A stretch of 64,000 nucleotides of DNA from an uncultured virus (IMG/VR IMGVR_UViG_3300028048_001320) (lineage: Duplodnaviria > Heunggongvirae > Uroviricota > Caudoviricetes), in the IMG/VR virus record IMGVR_UViG_3300028048_001320; one strand, 5' to 3'. The notes under the pieces are model-generated. The model searched no databases. It saw only the letters and a program-made list of their open reading frames with translations, and was not told the origin of the DNA. Below, piece by piece: positions 7,348-17,443 of this stretch. The position numbers and the translations under genes were made by a program. How positions within the stretch are numbered: position 1 is the stretch's first letter; each line of letters opens with the position of its first letter.

Positions 7348-9003
7348 ATGAGAGATAGAAGATTTGTTAATTCTGAGACAAGAAATCTATCTATGCGGAT
7401 GTCTAGTCGTGTAGATGACTATCCTTTAGATTCTTCTGGGATTGTTGATTTTTCAAAAATTAAAGTTGGCGCGCAAACTCTTAATGATGCGGTTGTTACT
7501 TACCCATTAAAAAAGGTTAAACCACAGTATTCTGATAAAGAATTTGTATTAAGAGCTATTGATCAACATGACACTGAAACCGTAAAAAGAATATCTCAAT
7601 TTTATTACAATACAAGCGGTATTTATTCTCGCTTATGCAGATATTTAGCTTTTTTATATAGGTATGATTGGTATATTGTACCATATATTAATGGTGGTGA
7701 TACTTATCCTGTTGATAGTGAGAAAGGTGATATTGCTGCTAAAGATGTAAATAAAATTTTAGATAACTTTTTTAAGGTTTTAAGATATTTAGATAACTTT
7801 AGAGCTAAATACATGCTTGGTGAAATTGCCTTAAAGGTTATTAGAGATGGTTGCTATTATGGATATATTATTCATACTCCAACTGGTCCTACTATTCAAG
7901 AGCTTCCTTCTGAATATTGTAGGTCAAGATATAGAAAAGACAATCATCCAGTTGTAGAATTTAATATGAGATATTTCTTTGATTTATATAAAGATGAAGA
8001 TTATCGTCTGAGAATTGTAAACTTATTCCCTGATGAATTTAAAAAAGGTTACAGATTATATTGTAAAGGTAAATTAAAAGGGGATTATAGTGGCGATTCC
8101 GCGGGCTGGTATTTATTAGACCCAGATTATGCTGTTAAATTCACATTAAACGATAGTGATATGCCTTTAATGGCTTCTGTTATTCCAGCTATTATTGATT
8201 TAATTGAAGCTCAAGAGTTAGATAGAAAGAAAATGGCTCAGAAACTTCTTAAAATTATTATTCAAAAATTACCAATTGATAAAAATGGTGATTTAGTATT
8301 TGATATGGAAGAATCGCAGCAACTTCATAATAATGCGGTTAAAATGTTAAGTCGTGCAATTGGAATTGATGTTTTAACTACTTTTGCAGATGTTGATGTT
8401 GCGGATATGGCAGATAGAAATACTACAACAACAGTAGATGATTTAGCAAAGGTTGAGCGTACTGTATTTAATGAAGCAGGTGTTTCTCAAATGCAATTTA
8501 ATACTGATGGTAATATTGCATTAGAGAAATCAATTTCTAATGATAGTGCTATGATGAGTAATCTTTTATATCAATTTGAAGAGTTTATGGATAGACTTTT
8601 ATTAAACTTTAATAAGAGTCCAAAAAAGGTATATTATAAGATTTCTATATTACCTACAACAATCTATGATTATAAAGAACTCTCTAAATTATATAAAGAA
8701 CAAACTCAAATGGGCTATTCAAAGATGCTTCCTCAAATTGCTCTTGGATTACCGCAAAGTACAGTATTAGCTAATGCTTTCTTTGAAAATGATTTATTAA
8801 ATCTTGTTACAGTATTTGTTCCACCATTAACTTCTAATACAATGAATGCTGATGCGCTTGCGCAACAGCAAACAGGTAGAAGAAGAACTGGACTTACTAT
8901 GTTAGATGGTAACGAGTCTGATGGAGAGGGTGCGGGCCGCCCTGAAAAAACTGATGATGAAAAATCAACCAAAACTCTTCAAAACCTTGAAAGCAAAAAT
9001 TAA
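7348..9003 (+). CDS. portal protein
   Basis: 551 aa after TerL and before the protease/capsid genes; C-terminal 'AGRPEK' tail typical of Firmicute phage portals. Confidence 0.8.
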   Translation: MRDRRFVNSETRNLSMRMSSRVDDYPLDSSGIVDFSKIKVGAQTLNDAVVTYPLKKVKPQYSDKEFVLRAIDQHDTETVKRISQFYYNTSGIYSRLCRYLAFLYRYDWYIVPYINGGDTYPVDSEKGDIAAKDVNKILDNFFKVLRYLDNFRAKYMLGEIALKVIRDGCYYGYIIHTPTGPTIQELPSEYCRSRYRKDNHPVVEFNMRYFFDLYKDEDYRLRIVNLFPDEFKKGYRLYCKGKLKGDYSGDSAGWYLLDPDYAVKFTLNDSDMPLMASVIPAIIDLIEAQELDRKKMAQKLLKIIIQKLPIDKNGDLVFDMEESQQLHNNAVKMLSRAIGIDVLTTFADVDVADMADRNTTTTVDDLAKVERTVFNEAGVSQMQFNTDGNIALEKSISNDSAMMSNLLYQFEEFMDRLLLNFNKSPKKVYYKISILPTTIYDYKELSKLYKEQTQMGYSKMLPQIALGLPQSTVLANAFFENDLLNLVTVFVPPLTSNTMNADALAQQQTGRRRTGLTMLDGNESDGEGAGRPEKTDDEKSTKTLQNLESKN

Positions 9004-9029
9004 ATATATAAGAAGGAGGAATATGTAAG

Positions 9030-10481
9030 ATGAATAGTTATCAGTCTATTGCAACTATAAACTCTCCAGAGTTTATAAACTTACAGCCTCTTGATATAAA
9101 TCCTATGATGTCTAAATGTGAGATTAAAGTCTTATATTTAGGCAAAAATAGGAATGGCACCAGTATAAATAAGCAAGCCGCAACAGAAATGGCAAAGACT
9201 TTAAGAGGCGCTCCTATTGTTGGTTATTATAGAGAAGAAAAAGGTGACTTTTTCGATCATGGTGACCAGGTAATCTATGATGGTGAAGGAGTACATTTTA
9301 AGACTTTGACAAAACCTTATGGTTTTGTTTCTCCTGATGCAGAGGTTTGGTTTCAAGAATTTGAGGAATTTGATGAAACAGGAGAATCAACTGTTAGAAC
9401 TTACTTAATGACCACAGGTTATTTATGGACTGGTCAGTTTCAAGAAGCTCAACAATTATTTAATGAAGGCGGGAAACCGCAATCTATGGAATTAGACGAA
9501 AATTCTTTAACAGGATTTTGGTCAAAAGACGAAAATTCAGAGTGTGAATTTTTTATAATAAATGACGCAATATTTTCTAAATTATGTATATTAGGTGATG
9601 ATGTAGAACCTTGTTTTGAAGGTGCTTCAGTTACCGCACCTAATATAAGCAAGAATTTCACATTAGATGATAATTTTAAAAAGACATTATACGAAATGAT
9701 GAAAGAATTGCAATATACTTTACAAGGAGGTAACTACAAAGTGGAAGATGATGTAAAAAAGAAATCAGCTGATTCATCTGCAATAGTAGAACCTGAAGAA
9801 GTTATTGAACAGCCTGTAGAAACACCTACAGAGCCAGAAGAAAATAATTCGACTGATAATACTGTTGATAACTCAACTGTAAACTCAGAGGAAGACACAT
9901 CACAAACTGATGATAATACTGGCGCTGATGCTGGAAATAATGAAGATGCCGGTGTAGATACTGGTGATAGTGGTAATACTGATGCTAGCGGTGATGGCGG
10001 AGATTCTGGTGCCGCTGATTATGCTAAAGCTGATGAAGAAAAAGAAGATGATAAAGAAGAAGAGAAAGATGATGATAAAGAAGAAGAGGATGATGAAAAG
10101 AAAAAGTATTCTTTATTATTAATTCAATTTGAAGAACTTCAAAAGTCTTTTACACAACTTCAAGAACAAGCTGATAGTGCTCAAAAAGAACTTGCTCAGT
10201 TTAAAGATTATGCTGAAAAAGTTGAAAATGAGAAGAAAGATGCTTTAATTGAAGAATTTTATATGCTTTCAGCTGATGATAAGAAAGATGTTATTGAACA
10301 TAAAGCAGAATATACTTTAGATGAAATTAAATCTAAATTAGCTGTTATATGTTTTGATAAAAAGGTTGCTTATACAGCCGCAGATGACAAAGATAATATT
10401 AAAGATATGACTGTTGTTATTGATTCTAGCGAGCAAACACCTGCTTGGTTAGTCGCTGTAGATAATCATAAAGCTCAGTAA
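9030..10481 (+). CDS. prohead protease/scaffold protein
   Basis: GKNRNGT, GYLW, QSMEL and LCILG.DVEPCFEGA motifs, followed by an acidic low-complexity and coiled-coil scaffold region. Confidence 0.75.
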   Translation: MNSYQSIATINSPEFINLQPLDINPMMSKCEIKVLYLGKNRNGTSINKQAATEMAKTLRGAPIVGYYREEKGDFFDHGDQVIYDGEGVHFKTLTKPYGFVSPDAEVWFQEFEEFDETGESTVRTYLMTTGYLWTGQFQEAQQLFNEGGKPQSMELDENSLTGFWSKDENSECEFFIINDAIFSKLCILGDDVEPCFEGASVTAPNISKNFTLDDNFKKTLYEMMKELQYTLQGGNYKVEDDVKKKSADSSAIVEPEEVIEQPVETPTEPEENNSTDNTVDNSTVNSEEDTSQTDDNTGADAGNNEDAGVDTGDSGNTDASGDGGDSGAADYAKADEEKEDDKEEEKDDDKEEEDDEKKKYSLLLIQFEELQKSFTQLQEQADSAQKELAQFKDYAEKVENEKKDALIEEFYMLSADDKKDVIEHKAEYTLDEIKSKLAVICFDKKVAYTAADDKDNIKDMTVVIDSSEQTPAWLVAVDNHKAQ

Positions 10482-10503
10482 TTTTATAAGGAGGAAATAG
10501 AAA

Positions 10504-11046
10504 ATGGCAAGTATTAAGAGAAAAGGTTTCGGTCAAGTAGAGCCTAATCATCTTTCTGCTCAGAGAACAGGACAGATTTATGCTCAGCTTATTGCTGATT
10601 CAAACCTTAATATAATTGAAAATGGTCAGTTTTTAAAATATGACTACCAAAATAGAAAAGCTGTTGCAAATGCTTCTGTTGCAGGCGAATGGCTTTTAGT
10701 TTATAATGAAGAAAAGTTATACGACCCAAGACGCCAGAGCCATAAGGACTTCGCTATGAAGAAAGTCGATGCTGTTGATGGTGAAATGGTACCAAGACTT
10801 TTCAAGACAAATATTGGTGATATTTTCACAACAAACACACTTGGGGCTAACACATCTGAAGATGCTGAAACTACAGCTGTAACTGTTGTTGAGGGAGATA
10901 CTCTTGTTGTTGGAAGTACAGGTTATCTTGAAGTACTTGGACAGAGTGCAACTGCAACTGCACCTGCATTTAAGGTAGTTGCTATAACAACAATGCCTGA
11001 TGCTAATGCTGATTATCCTGCTGTTAAGTTACAGCGTATATTATAA
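10504..11046 (+). CDS. capsid decoration/minor head protein
   Basis: Lies between scaffold and MCP; high-expression codon usage. Confidence 0.6.
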   Translation: MASIKRKGFGQVEPNHLSAQRTGQIYAQLIADSNLNIIENGQFLKYDYQNRKAVANASVAGEWLLVYNEEKLYDPRRQSHKDFAMKKVDAVDGEMVPRLFKTNIGDIFTTNTLGANTSEDAETTAVTVVEGDTLVVGSTGYLEVLGQSATATAPAFKVVAITTMPDANADYPAVKLQRIL

Positions 11047-11066
11047 TATAAAGGAGGATTAAAGAT

Positions 11067-12149
11067 ATGTCATTACAAAAGAAAGACCTTATTACTCTTG
11101 CTAAGACAGTTGCAAAAGCTAATCCTTCTGCTGCTGTAGCTTATAGCCTTGGTGATAAGAAATATAGTTATGCTGATTTAGACCAGACTCTTCGTGCAGA
11201 ACTGAAGGAGATTGCTGGTACATACGCTCTTTATAGAGAAAATAAGAACATTCTTTTCGAGCTTATTGAGCAGGTTATTGATGAAGTTCTTCCTGCAAGA
11301 GTTATCGAACAGTACGGAATGTTTGCTGATATTCGTACATTTGCACAGGGAGATAAGCCTATCTTCTCTGTAAAAGCTTCTCAGGCTTCAAAGCAGAGAG
11401 CAAAGAAATTCGTAACAAAAGTTGGTTTAGCTGGTGTTTACGAAGTATTCAAGCTTGATGGATATACATTAGAAGTTCCTACAGAGGCTTGGGGCGGAGC
11501 TGCTCAGATTGGTTTTGAGGAATATCTTGATGGTAGAATCGATATGGCAGACGTAGTTGAGATTATCAATGATGGTCTTAATGAGTGTGTATATCGTGAA
11601 ATCGCAAAGGCTCTCAAGACTTGCGTAAGCAATATGACTGCTCCTAATAAGGATTCTGATACAGGATTTGTACAGGCTAAGATGGATAATCTTCTTCAGA
11701 TTGCTGATGCATATGGAAAGGCTACTATTTACTGTACATTTGAATTCGCTGCTAAGATGGTTCCAGATAATAACTGGATTTCAAATGAGCAGAAGAACAC
11801 AATGTGGAATGTAGGATACCTTGCTAACTACAAGGGTCACAATGTAATTATCCTTCCTAACTCTTTTGAAGATGCAACAAATACTCAGAAGGTAATCGAT
11901 CCTTCATGGGCATACATCATCCCAACTGGCGCAGATAAGCCTATCAAGATTGCTTTTGAAGGCGATGCAGCAGTTAGAGAGTGGGAAAACAAGGATTGGT
12001 CAAGAGAAATCCAGACTTACAAGAAGTTTGGTGTAGGTATGGTTGGTATCAACGCAGGTATCTGCGCATATCAGATTACTGCTCTTGCTCCTACAGCTAC
12101 AACACTTGTTGCTCATGCAGCACCTGGACTTAGCGAAATTAGACAGTAA
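11067..12149 (+). CDS. major capsid protein
   Basis: 360 aa, synteny, strong SD, marked use of AAG/GAG/AAC/TAC codons, followed by a terminator-like stem. Confidence 0.85.
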   Translation: MSLQKKDLITLAKTVAKANPSAAVAYSLGDKKYSYADLDQTLRAELKEIAGTYALYRENKNILFELIEQVIDEVLPARVIEQYGMFADIRTFAQGDKPIFSVKASQASKQRAKKFVTKVGLAGVYEVFKLDGYTLEVPTEAWGGAAQIGFEEYLDGRIDMADVVEIINDGLNECVYREIAKALKTCVSNMTAPNKDSDTGFVQAKMDNLLQIADAYGKATIYCTFEFAAKMVPDNNWISNEQKNTMWNVGYLANYKGHNVIILPNSFEDATNTQKVIDPSWAYIIPTGADKPIKIAFEGDAAVREWENKDWSREIQTYKKFGVGMVGINAGICAYQITALAPTATTLVAHAAPGLSEIRQ

Positions 12150-12161
12150 TTTATAAATTAA

Positions 12162-12194
12162 TATAAAGGGAGATTTTTATAATCTCCCTTTATA
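12162..12194 (+). terminator. stem-loop after MCP
   Basis: TATAAAGGGAGATT / AATCTCCCTTTATA 14-bp stem. Confidence 0.7.
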
Positions 12195-12224
12195 CCTATA
12201 TTTGGAGATAAAAGGAGAAAAATC

Positions 12225-12776
12225 ATGATAGATAAGAATAAAATCGTTGTTGTTCAAAATAGAGGACAAGGTAGAGTTGGTTATAATATACCGGATTTAG
12301 GAAATTTACAGAGAGATTTCCAACCAAATGAAACTAAAGAAATTACTTACGAAGAGTTATTTAAACTTTCTCAAGTACCTGGTGGTATGTATATTATTGA
12401 AAATTATTTAATCATTAAGGATGAAGAAGTTATTAATTCATTATTAGGAGAAGTTGAACCTGAATATAATTACACTGATGAAGACGTCAAGAGAATTATG
12501 ATAGAGGGAACTTTAGATGAATTTGAAGACTGTTTGAATTTTGCTCCTACAGGAGTAATTGAATTAATTAAAACTTTAGCAGTTTCACTTCCTTTGAATG
12601 ATATTAATAAGAGAGAGTTAATTCTGAAGAAAACTGGTTTTAGTGTTACTAATGCTATTAAAAATATAGAAGAAGAAGAAGTTGAGGATACTAAGCCAAA
12701 GAGAAAGGCGGCAATCCCTAATAGAAAGACAGTTGTTTCTGATACACCGGTAAGAAAGGCTGTTAAACCTGAATAA
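12225..12776 (+). CDS. hypothetical virion-module protein
   Basis: ORF track, SD AAAGGAG. Confidence 0.8.
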   Translation: MIDKNKIVVVQNRGQGRVGYNIPDLGNLQRDFQPNETKEITYEELFKLSQVPGGMYIIENYLIIKDEEVINSLLGEVEPEYNYTDEDVKRIMIEGTLDEFEDCLNFAPTGVIELIKTLAVSLPLNDINKRELILKKTGFSVTNAIKNIEEEEVEDTKPKRKAAIPNRKTVVSDTPVRKAVKPE

Positions 12777-12798
12777 GACATAAAGGAGGAGTGGCACA

Positions 12799-13335
12799 AT
12801 GACAGAAGTTACAAAAATTTATGATGCATTTCTCCGTCAAATTACAGATGATATGTATATGGAATTAACTAAAGAGGATACAATGGGTATGCTTGCAGAA
12901 TTGCTTGATTCCGCAATTCCCTGGTTTGAATTTCCTCGTAAATCATTAGAAATTCAATATGCTGAAGATGAAGATGATAAAAGCTACTTTTTAAGTGATT
13001 TAAATAGCGAAGAAATAAAAATTCTTGCTATGTATATGACTGTTGAATGGATTGGTCAACAGCTTGCAAGTATTGAAAATATCAGAATGAAGTATAGTGG
13101 AAGTGATTTTAAATTAACTTCTCAAGCTAATCATATGTCTAAACTTCAAAGTATGAAAAAAGAATATGAGCGAGCTGCATTTCATTTACAAAGATTATAT
13201 AAGCGAAGAAAGAAAGACTCTAATGGAGTTTATCGTTCTACAATGCATACTATTATGGAAAAACCTGTTTATCCTTTCGCGCAAGGAAACGAAGACCCTG
13301 AAACACAATCAGAAGGGTATCCATATGAAGACTAA
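12799..13335 (+). CDS. head-tail adaptor candidate
   Basis: Helical protein of about 180 aa after MCP; synteny. Confidence 0.55.
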   Translation: MTEVTKIYDAFLRQITDDMYMELTKEDTMGMLAELLDSAIPWFEFPRKSLEIQYAEDEDDKSYFLSDLNSEEIKILAMYMTVEWIGQQLASIENIRMKYSGSDFKLTSQANHMSKLQSMKKEYERAAFHLQRLYKRRKKDSNGVYRSTMHTIMEKPVYPFAQGNEDPETQSEGYPYED

Positions 13336-13630
13336 ATATAATCTTGAAGTTAGTTATGATACTCTTAGTCAAAGCTTAAAAAGAAATATAAATTTAGTTT
13401 ATAAGCTTTTACCTATGCGCGAAGAAGGTAGTGATTGGGAGAAACCATTAGAAACTATTATAGAAGAATTAGTTGGAATGAATAGATTGGTTATCGACTT
13501 ACAATCTGAGTTATTTCCTATTATCTGTAAATTGGAAGGTTTATTTAGTTTAGTTGAAGATGAAGATATGTCTTTGTATAGAAGAACTATTTTTGAATGT
13601 TTAGCTTTACTAAGTAAAATAAAGATATGA
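13325..13630 (+). CDS. hypothetical protein
   Basis: ORF track 13166..13630; start moved to the ATG at 13325 (MKTKYNLEV), removing the long overlap with the upstream gene. Confidence 0.7.
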   Translation: MKTKYNLEVSYDTLSQSLKRNINLVYKLLPMREEGSDWEKPLETIIEELVGMNRLVIDLQSELFPIICKLEGLFSLVEDEDMSLYRRTIFECLALLSKIKI

Positions 13631-14634
13631 GCGCATTAGATAATATGAGAAAAAGATTACAGTATAATGGTGGAGAAAAACAGCAAAGTCGAATGATAGA
13701 AGATAAATTAAGAAGTTTAAAAAGTAGTTTTAAATCTTCTTATCAAGCTGGAACCATAATACTTGATAATCCTGATTATATAGAAGGTTCAGAAGAACCT
13801 AAAACGCTTGAATTTCGTTGTTTGATGAATCCAGATAAAATGACATTTAATGAAGATAAAAAAATGTTATCTATTCCATTTGAGGATGTATGTTTAAATA
13901 AACCACGAGTAGGTAAAACTAGTGATGGCATTATTCCAGTTCCAATATCTTGTGGATCTACCTTTATATGGAAAGAAACGGATACCCGCTGGTTAATTAC
14001 ACTACAGTATTTAACTGAATTAGCTTATTTTAGAGCTGATGTTAGAAAATGTTTTAATTATCCTATTACCATTAATGAAAGAACTTATTGGTTTGCTAGT
14101 GTTGGACCAAATCAAGAGTCTATAGAGTGGTTAAAACATAATAAAGAAGAATGGAATAAATTAAATTATACACGTATTATATACATTAAAAGAGATTCTA
14201 ATACTTATAATTACTTTAAACGTCATAATATAATTAATCTACCTAATATCAATGGTGAGTTAGAACCATGGGAAGTTCAAACTGTTAATTCAAATGCAGT
14301 TGAGAATATTTTAATTATTCATGTTAAAGAATATTTTACAAATCAGTTTGAACCTGTTAGTCAAGAAGAACAACAAAAAATTCAAGAAGAATATGAAATT
14401 AATGAAGATTATGTAGTTAAAGTTTATGACCGCTTCTCTTTTAGAACTACTTTTGTTCAAGATGCGCTTTGGGAAATAAAAAATAAAACTACAGGAATTA
14501 ATTTAAATATAGATGCAGTTGTATCAGAGAATGATACTATTGCTACTTTTCAGTTATTAACTGGAAAAACGGGAGAATTTGATATTTATTATAATAATGC
14601 TTGTATAAAACATATTGTAGTAGAATCAATATAG
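13627..14634 (+). CDS. head closure/neck protein candidate
   Basis: ATGA overlap with the previous gene; position in the neck region. Confidence 0.5.
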   Translation: MSALDNMRKRLQYNGGEKQQSRMIEDKLRSLKSSFKSSYQAGTIILDNPDYIEGSEEPKTLEFRCLMNPDKMTFNEDKKMLSIPFEDVCLNKPRVGKTSDGIIPVPISCGSTFIWKETDTRWLITLQYLTELAYFRADVRKCFNYPITINERTYWFASVGPNQESIEWLKHNKEEWNKLNYTRIIYIKRDSNTYNYFKRHNIINLPNINGELEPWEVQTVNSNAVENILIIHVKEYFTNQFEPVSQEEQQKIQEEYEINEDYVVKVYDRFSFRTTFVQDALWEIKNKTTGINLNIDAVVSENDTIATFQLLTGKTGEFDIYYNNACIKHIVVESI

Positions 14635-14653
14635 AGATAAAAGGAGTTAGGCT

Positions 14654-15244
14654 ATGCAAAGAAATGCTTTATTAGACCCTATACAATCTTCTTTTTTATC
14701 TTGTGAAAAAGATACTGAGATTATTTTAAATAAATTATTTGCAGAAAGTGGTAAATATAGTAATTGGTTAAAACGATTACTTATTATTAATACTCCAGAT
14801 TGTTTAAATCCTAATATTACAAGATATGATGACATAGTTGATTCATATTCTGTACAAGATTTATTTAATAAAAAATATATTAGGACTACACCGCGTTTAG
14901 AATTTGATGAACATGAAGATGTTCAATCCTACATTCTTTTATCTTTTGATAATTTTACTACTAATAGTGCAAATAATCGTTTTAGAGATTGTATGGTTAA
15001 TTTTGATATACTATGCCATACAAAACAATGGCAAATGGATGGTTTTAGAATTAGACCTTTGATGATAGCTGGATACATAGATGGTATTTTAAATTTAAAT
15101 AAATTGTCTGGAGTCGGACAATTTTTATTTCTTGGTGCTCAAGAATTAATATTAGATGCTAATTTAGCAGGATATACTATTTCATATGAAGCAGTACATT
15201 TTACAGAAGATGATGCTAAATTAGAATCATTATCAAGCAAATGA
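14654..15244 (+). CDS. tail terminator/neck protein candidate
   Basis: Size and position upstream of the tail tube; SD AAAGGAG. Confidence 0.5.
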   Translation: MQRNALLDPIQSSFLSCEKDTEIILNKLFAESGKYSNWLKRLLIINTPDCLNPNITRYDDIVDSYSVQDLFNKKYIRTTPRLEFDEHEDVQSYILLSFDNFTTNSANNRFRDCMVNFDILCHTKQWQMDGFRIRPLMIAGYIDGILNLNKLSGVGQFLFLGAQELILDANLAGYTISYEAVHFTEDDAKLESLSSK

Positions 15245-16038
15245 AAAAACGAACCCCTATAGTTCCTTATATTTTACTTGATACGAGAGCGCCAATACCT
15301 TTTCCTGAAGCCAATATTACAATCTATCAACCCTCGATTAAAGAAATTGGGATGAGTGGTTTAGAGTCTAATTTTATAATTGGATTAAATGCATTGACTA
15401 AAAATTACCAATTCGAGGACAAAATAGATTTATCTCAAATGTCTAATTTTGATGTATTAATGACAGTAATCCAAGAGAAGTCAGAAACAAGTAAAAAAGT
15501 TGTTCGAGCAATTGAACAAGTTTTATATTTAATTTTTCCTAACTGTAATATAGTTTTTACTCCGAGGTCTATTATTTTACAGGAGCAAACTTCTGAAAAT
15601 GAAAAAATAATTCATATGATAGATACAAGTAATTTTGATAAGTTTAGCCAAATAATTTATGATGCATTTTGTCTCATTGAGTTTGGTGATAATATTCAAG
15701 ATGATTACAATCCTAGCGGTGACCGCGCTCGCGCAATAATAGAGAAATTCAAAAAGAAACATGAATATCTTGCTGAATTGCGAAAGGAAAGAGGAGAGGA
15801 TAATGCTATGGATAGTATCTATTGTAGATATATGGATATTCTTGCAGTAGGTTTACAAAAAGATAAAAATACTTTATCTGACTATTCTGTTTATCAACTA
15901 ATTGAAGAGTTTAAACGTTTCCAATTAAAAGAAACATTTGACTATACGTTTCAAGCTAAAATGGCTGGAGCGACAAAAATTAAAGATGCCAAAGATTGGA
16001 TGGGAGCTATTCACTTTGGCGAAAAAAATGATGAATAA
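15241..16038 (+). CDS. hypothetical tail-region protein (possible assembly chaperone)
   Basis: ORF track; overlaps the previous stop codon. Confidence 0.6.
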   Translation: MKKRTPIVPYILLDTRAPIPFPEANITIYQPSIKEIGMSGLESNFIIGLNALTKNYQFEDKIDLSQMSNFDVLMTVIQEKSETSKKVVRAIEQVLYLIFPNCNIVFTPRSIILQEQTSENEKIIHMIDTSNFDKFSQIIYDAFCLIEFGDNIQDDYNPSGDRARAIIEKFKKKHEYLAELRKERGEDNAMDSIYCRYMDILAVGLQKDKNTLSDYSVYQLIEEFKRFQLKETFDYTFQAKMAGATKIKDAKDWMGAIHFGEKNDE

Positions 16039-16058
16039 TTTAAAGGAGGAAAAAACAT

Positions 16059-17372
16059 ATGAAATTTGGTGTTCGCGAGTGTGCAAACATAGTGTTCAGA
16101 GCTAAAACTCCTACTAATATTGGTAAGTATAAGTTTAAAGCTGGACAGCCTGTTCTTTATATTGATACAGCGACAACTTCATCTGTTGAGCAAGCTACTA
16201 CTACTGTATATGCACAGGGTGGTAGAGGTAATGTTCGTCTTATCTCTTGGGAAGGTGAGAAAACTCTTACTTTCACAGTAGAAGATGCGTTACTTTCACC
16301 TATTTCTCTTGCTATGCTTTCTGGTGCAGACCTCTTCCAGGGTTCTTCAACAGTTAGTAAGGTTCATTTCCATACAACAAGTACAGCTACATTAAAAATT
16401 GCTGGAACTGGAGATAGCCAAGTAGGTATTGTTGATTTAAGTTCTGTTCTTGGTAGCGCTGAAACACTTTGTCCTACAAATGATTCTCCAATCTATGTTA
16501 TTGTTACTGAAGGTGACGGTAGCTTAACTGGTGAAATTATTGAAGGAAGCAAGGTTGAAGTTGGTTCTTATGATGGAACAACATTCACACCAGCAAGCGG
16601 AAGCGGTATTTATCAGGCTATTAGAATTACAAAGCCTACATCTGCAGGAATTCAAGCTTGGGCAGGTGCTGCAAGAACATTTGCTGATGGTGAGCAGATT
16701 GCTGTATTCGTAGATTACTACCTTGATAAAAATGCAACAGCAGTTGACGAACTTCAAATCGCTGCTGATAACTTTGCTGGTAACTATTATGTAGAAGCTG
16801 ACACATTATTCAGACGTAAGAGTGATGGTGTTGATATGCCTGCTAACTTAACATTCCCTAATGTTAAGATTCAGTCAAATCTTACATTCTCACTTTCTGG
16901 AACTGGTGATCCTTCAACATTTACATTCACAATGGATGCTCTTCCAGGATATACTTATTTCGATAAGTCAAGAGAAGTTCTTTGTGTAATTCAGGTTATC
17001 GAAGACCAGACAAATGCTGATAAGGTTATTAACCCTGTAATGCCTCATAATGAGACACTTGAGCATAAGGCAGATGAAATTGATGATATTCACTACATTG
17101 GTTTCGGAACTGGCGCAGGTTCAACAACAGGTAATGCTGTAATTGAAATTACAGGAGCAGCTAGTACAGTTGCAGTAGAGGGTACTTTAGCTCTTACAGC
17201 AACTTCAATTCCTGATGGAGCTACAGTAACATGGGCTTCAAGTGACACAACTAAGGCTACTGTATCAAATGGTACTGTAACTGGTGTTGCAGCAGGTAAA
17301 GTAACAATCACAGCTAGTGCAAGTGGATATACAGCAGGTACTTATGAAGTAACTGTAACACCAGCTGGTTAA
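16059..17372 (+). CDS. major tail (tube) protein with C-terminal Ig-like (Big_2) domain
   Basis: High-expression codons; C-terminal 'TVTWASSDTTKATVSNGTVTGVAAGKVTITAS' is a Big_2 signature; terminator follows. Confidence 0.8.
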   Translation: MKFGVRECANIVFRAKTPTNIGKYKFKAGQPVLYIDTATTSSVEQATTTVYAQGGRGNVRLISWEGEKTLTFTVEDALLSPISLAMLSGADLFQGSSTVSKVHFHTTSTATLKIAGTGDSQVGIVDLSSVLGSAETLCPTNDSPIYVIVTEGDGSLTGEIIEGSKVEVGSYDGTTFTPASGSGIYQAIRITKPTSAGIQAWAGAARTFADGEQIAVFVDYYLDKNATAVDELQIAADNFAGNYYVEADTLFRRKSDGVDMPANLTFPNVKIQSNLTFSLSGTGDPSTFTFTMDALPGYTYFDKSREVLCVIQVIEDQTNADKVINPVMPHNETLEHKADEIDDIHYIGFGTGAGSTTGNAVIEITGAASTVAVEGTLALTATSIPDGATVTWASSDTTKATVSNGTVTGVAAGKVTITASASGYTAGTYEVTVTPAG

Positions 17373-17385
17373 TAAAAATTTATAT

Positions 17386-17423
17386 GCGGGAGGTACTTGA
17401 AAAAGTGCTTCCCGCTTATTTTT
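17386..17423 (+). terminator. rho-independent terminator
   Basis: GCGGGAGGTACTT gaaa AAGTGCTTCCCGC TTATTTTT. Confidence 0.85.
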
Positions 17424-17443
17424 GTTTAAGGAGGTGTGTAAGT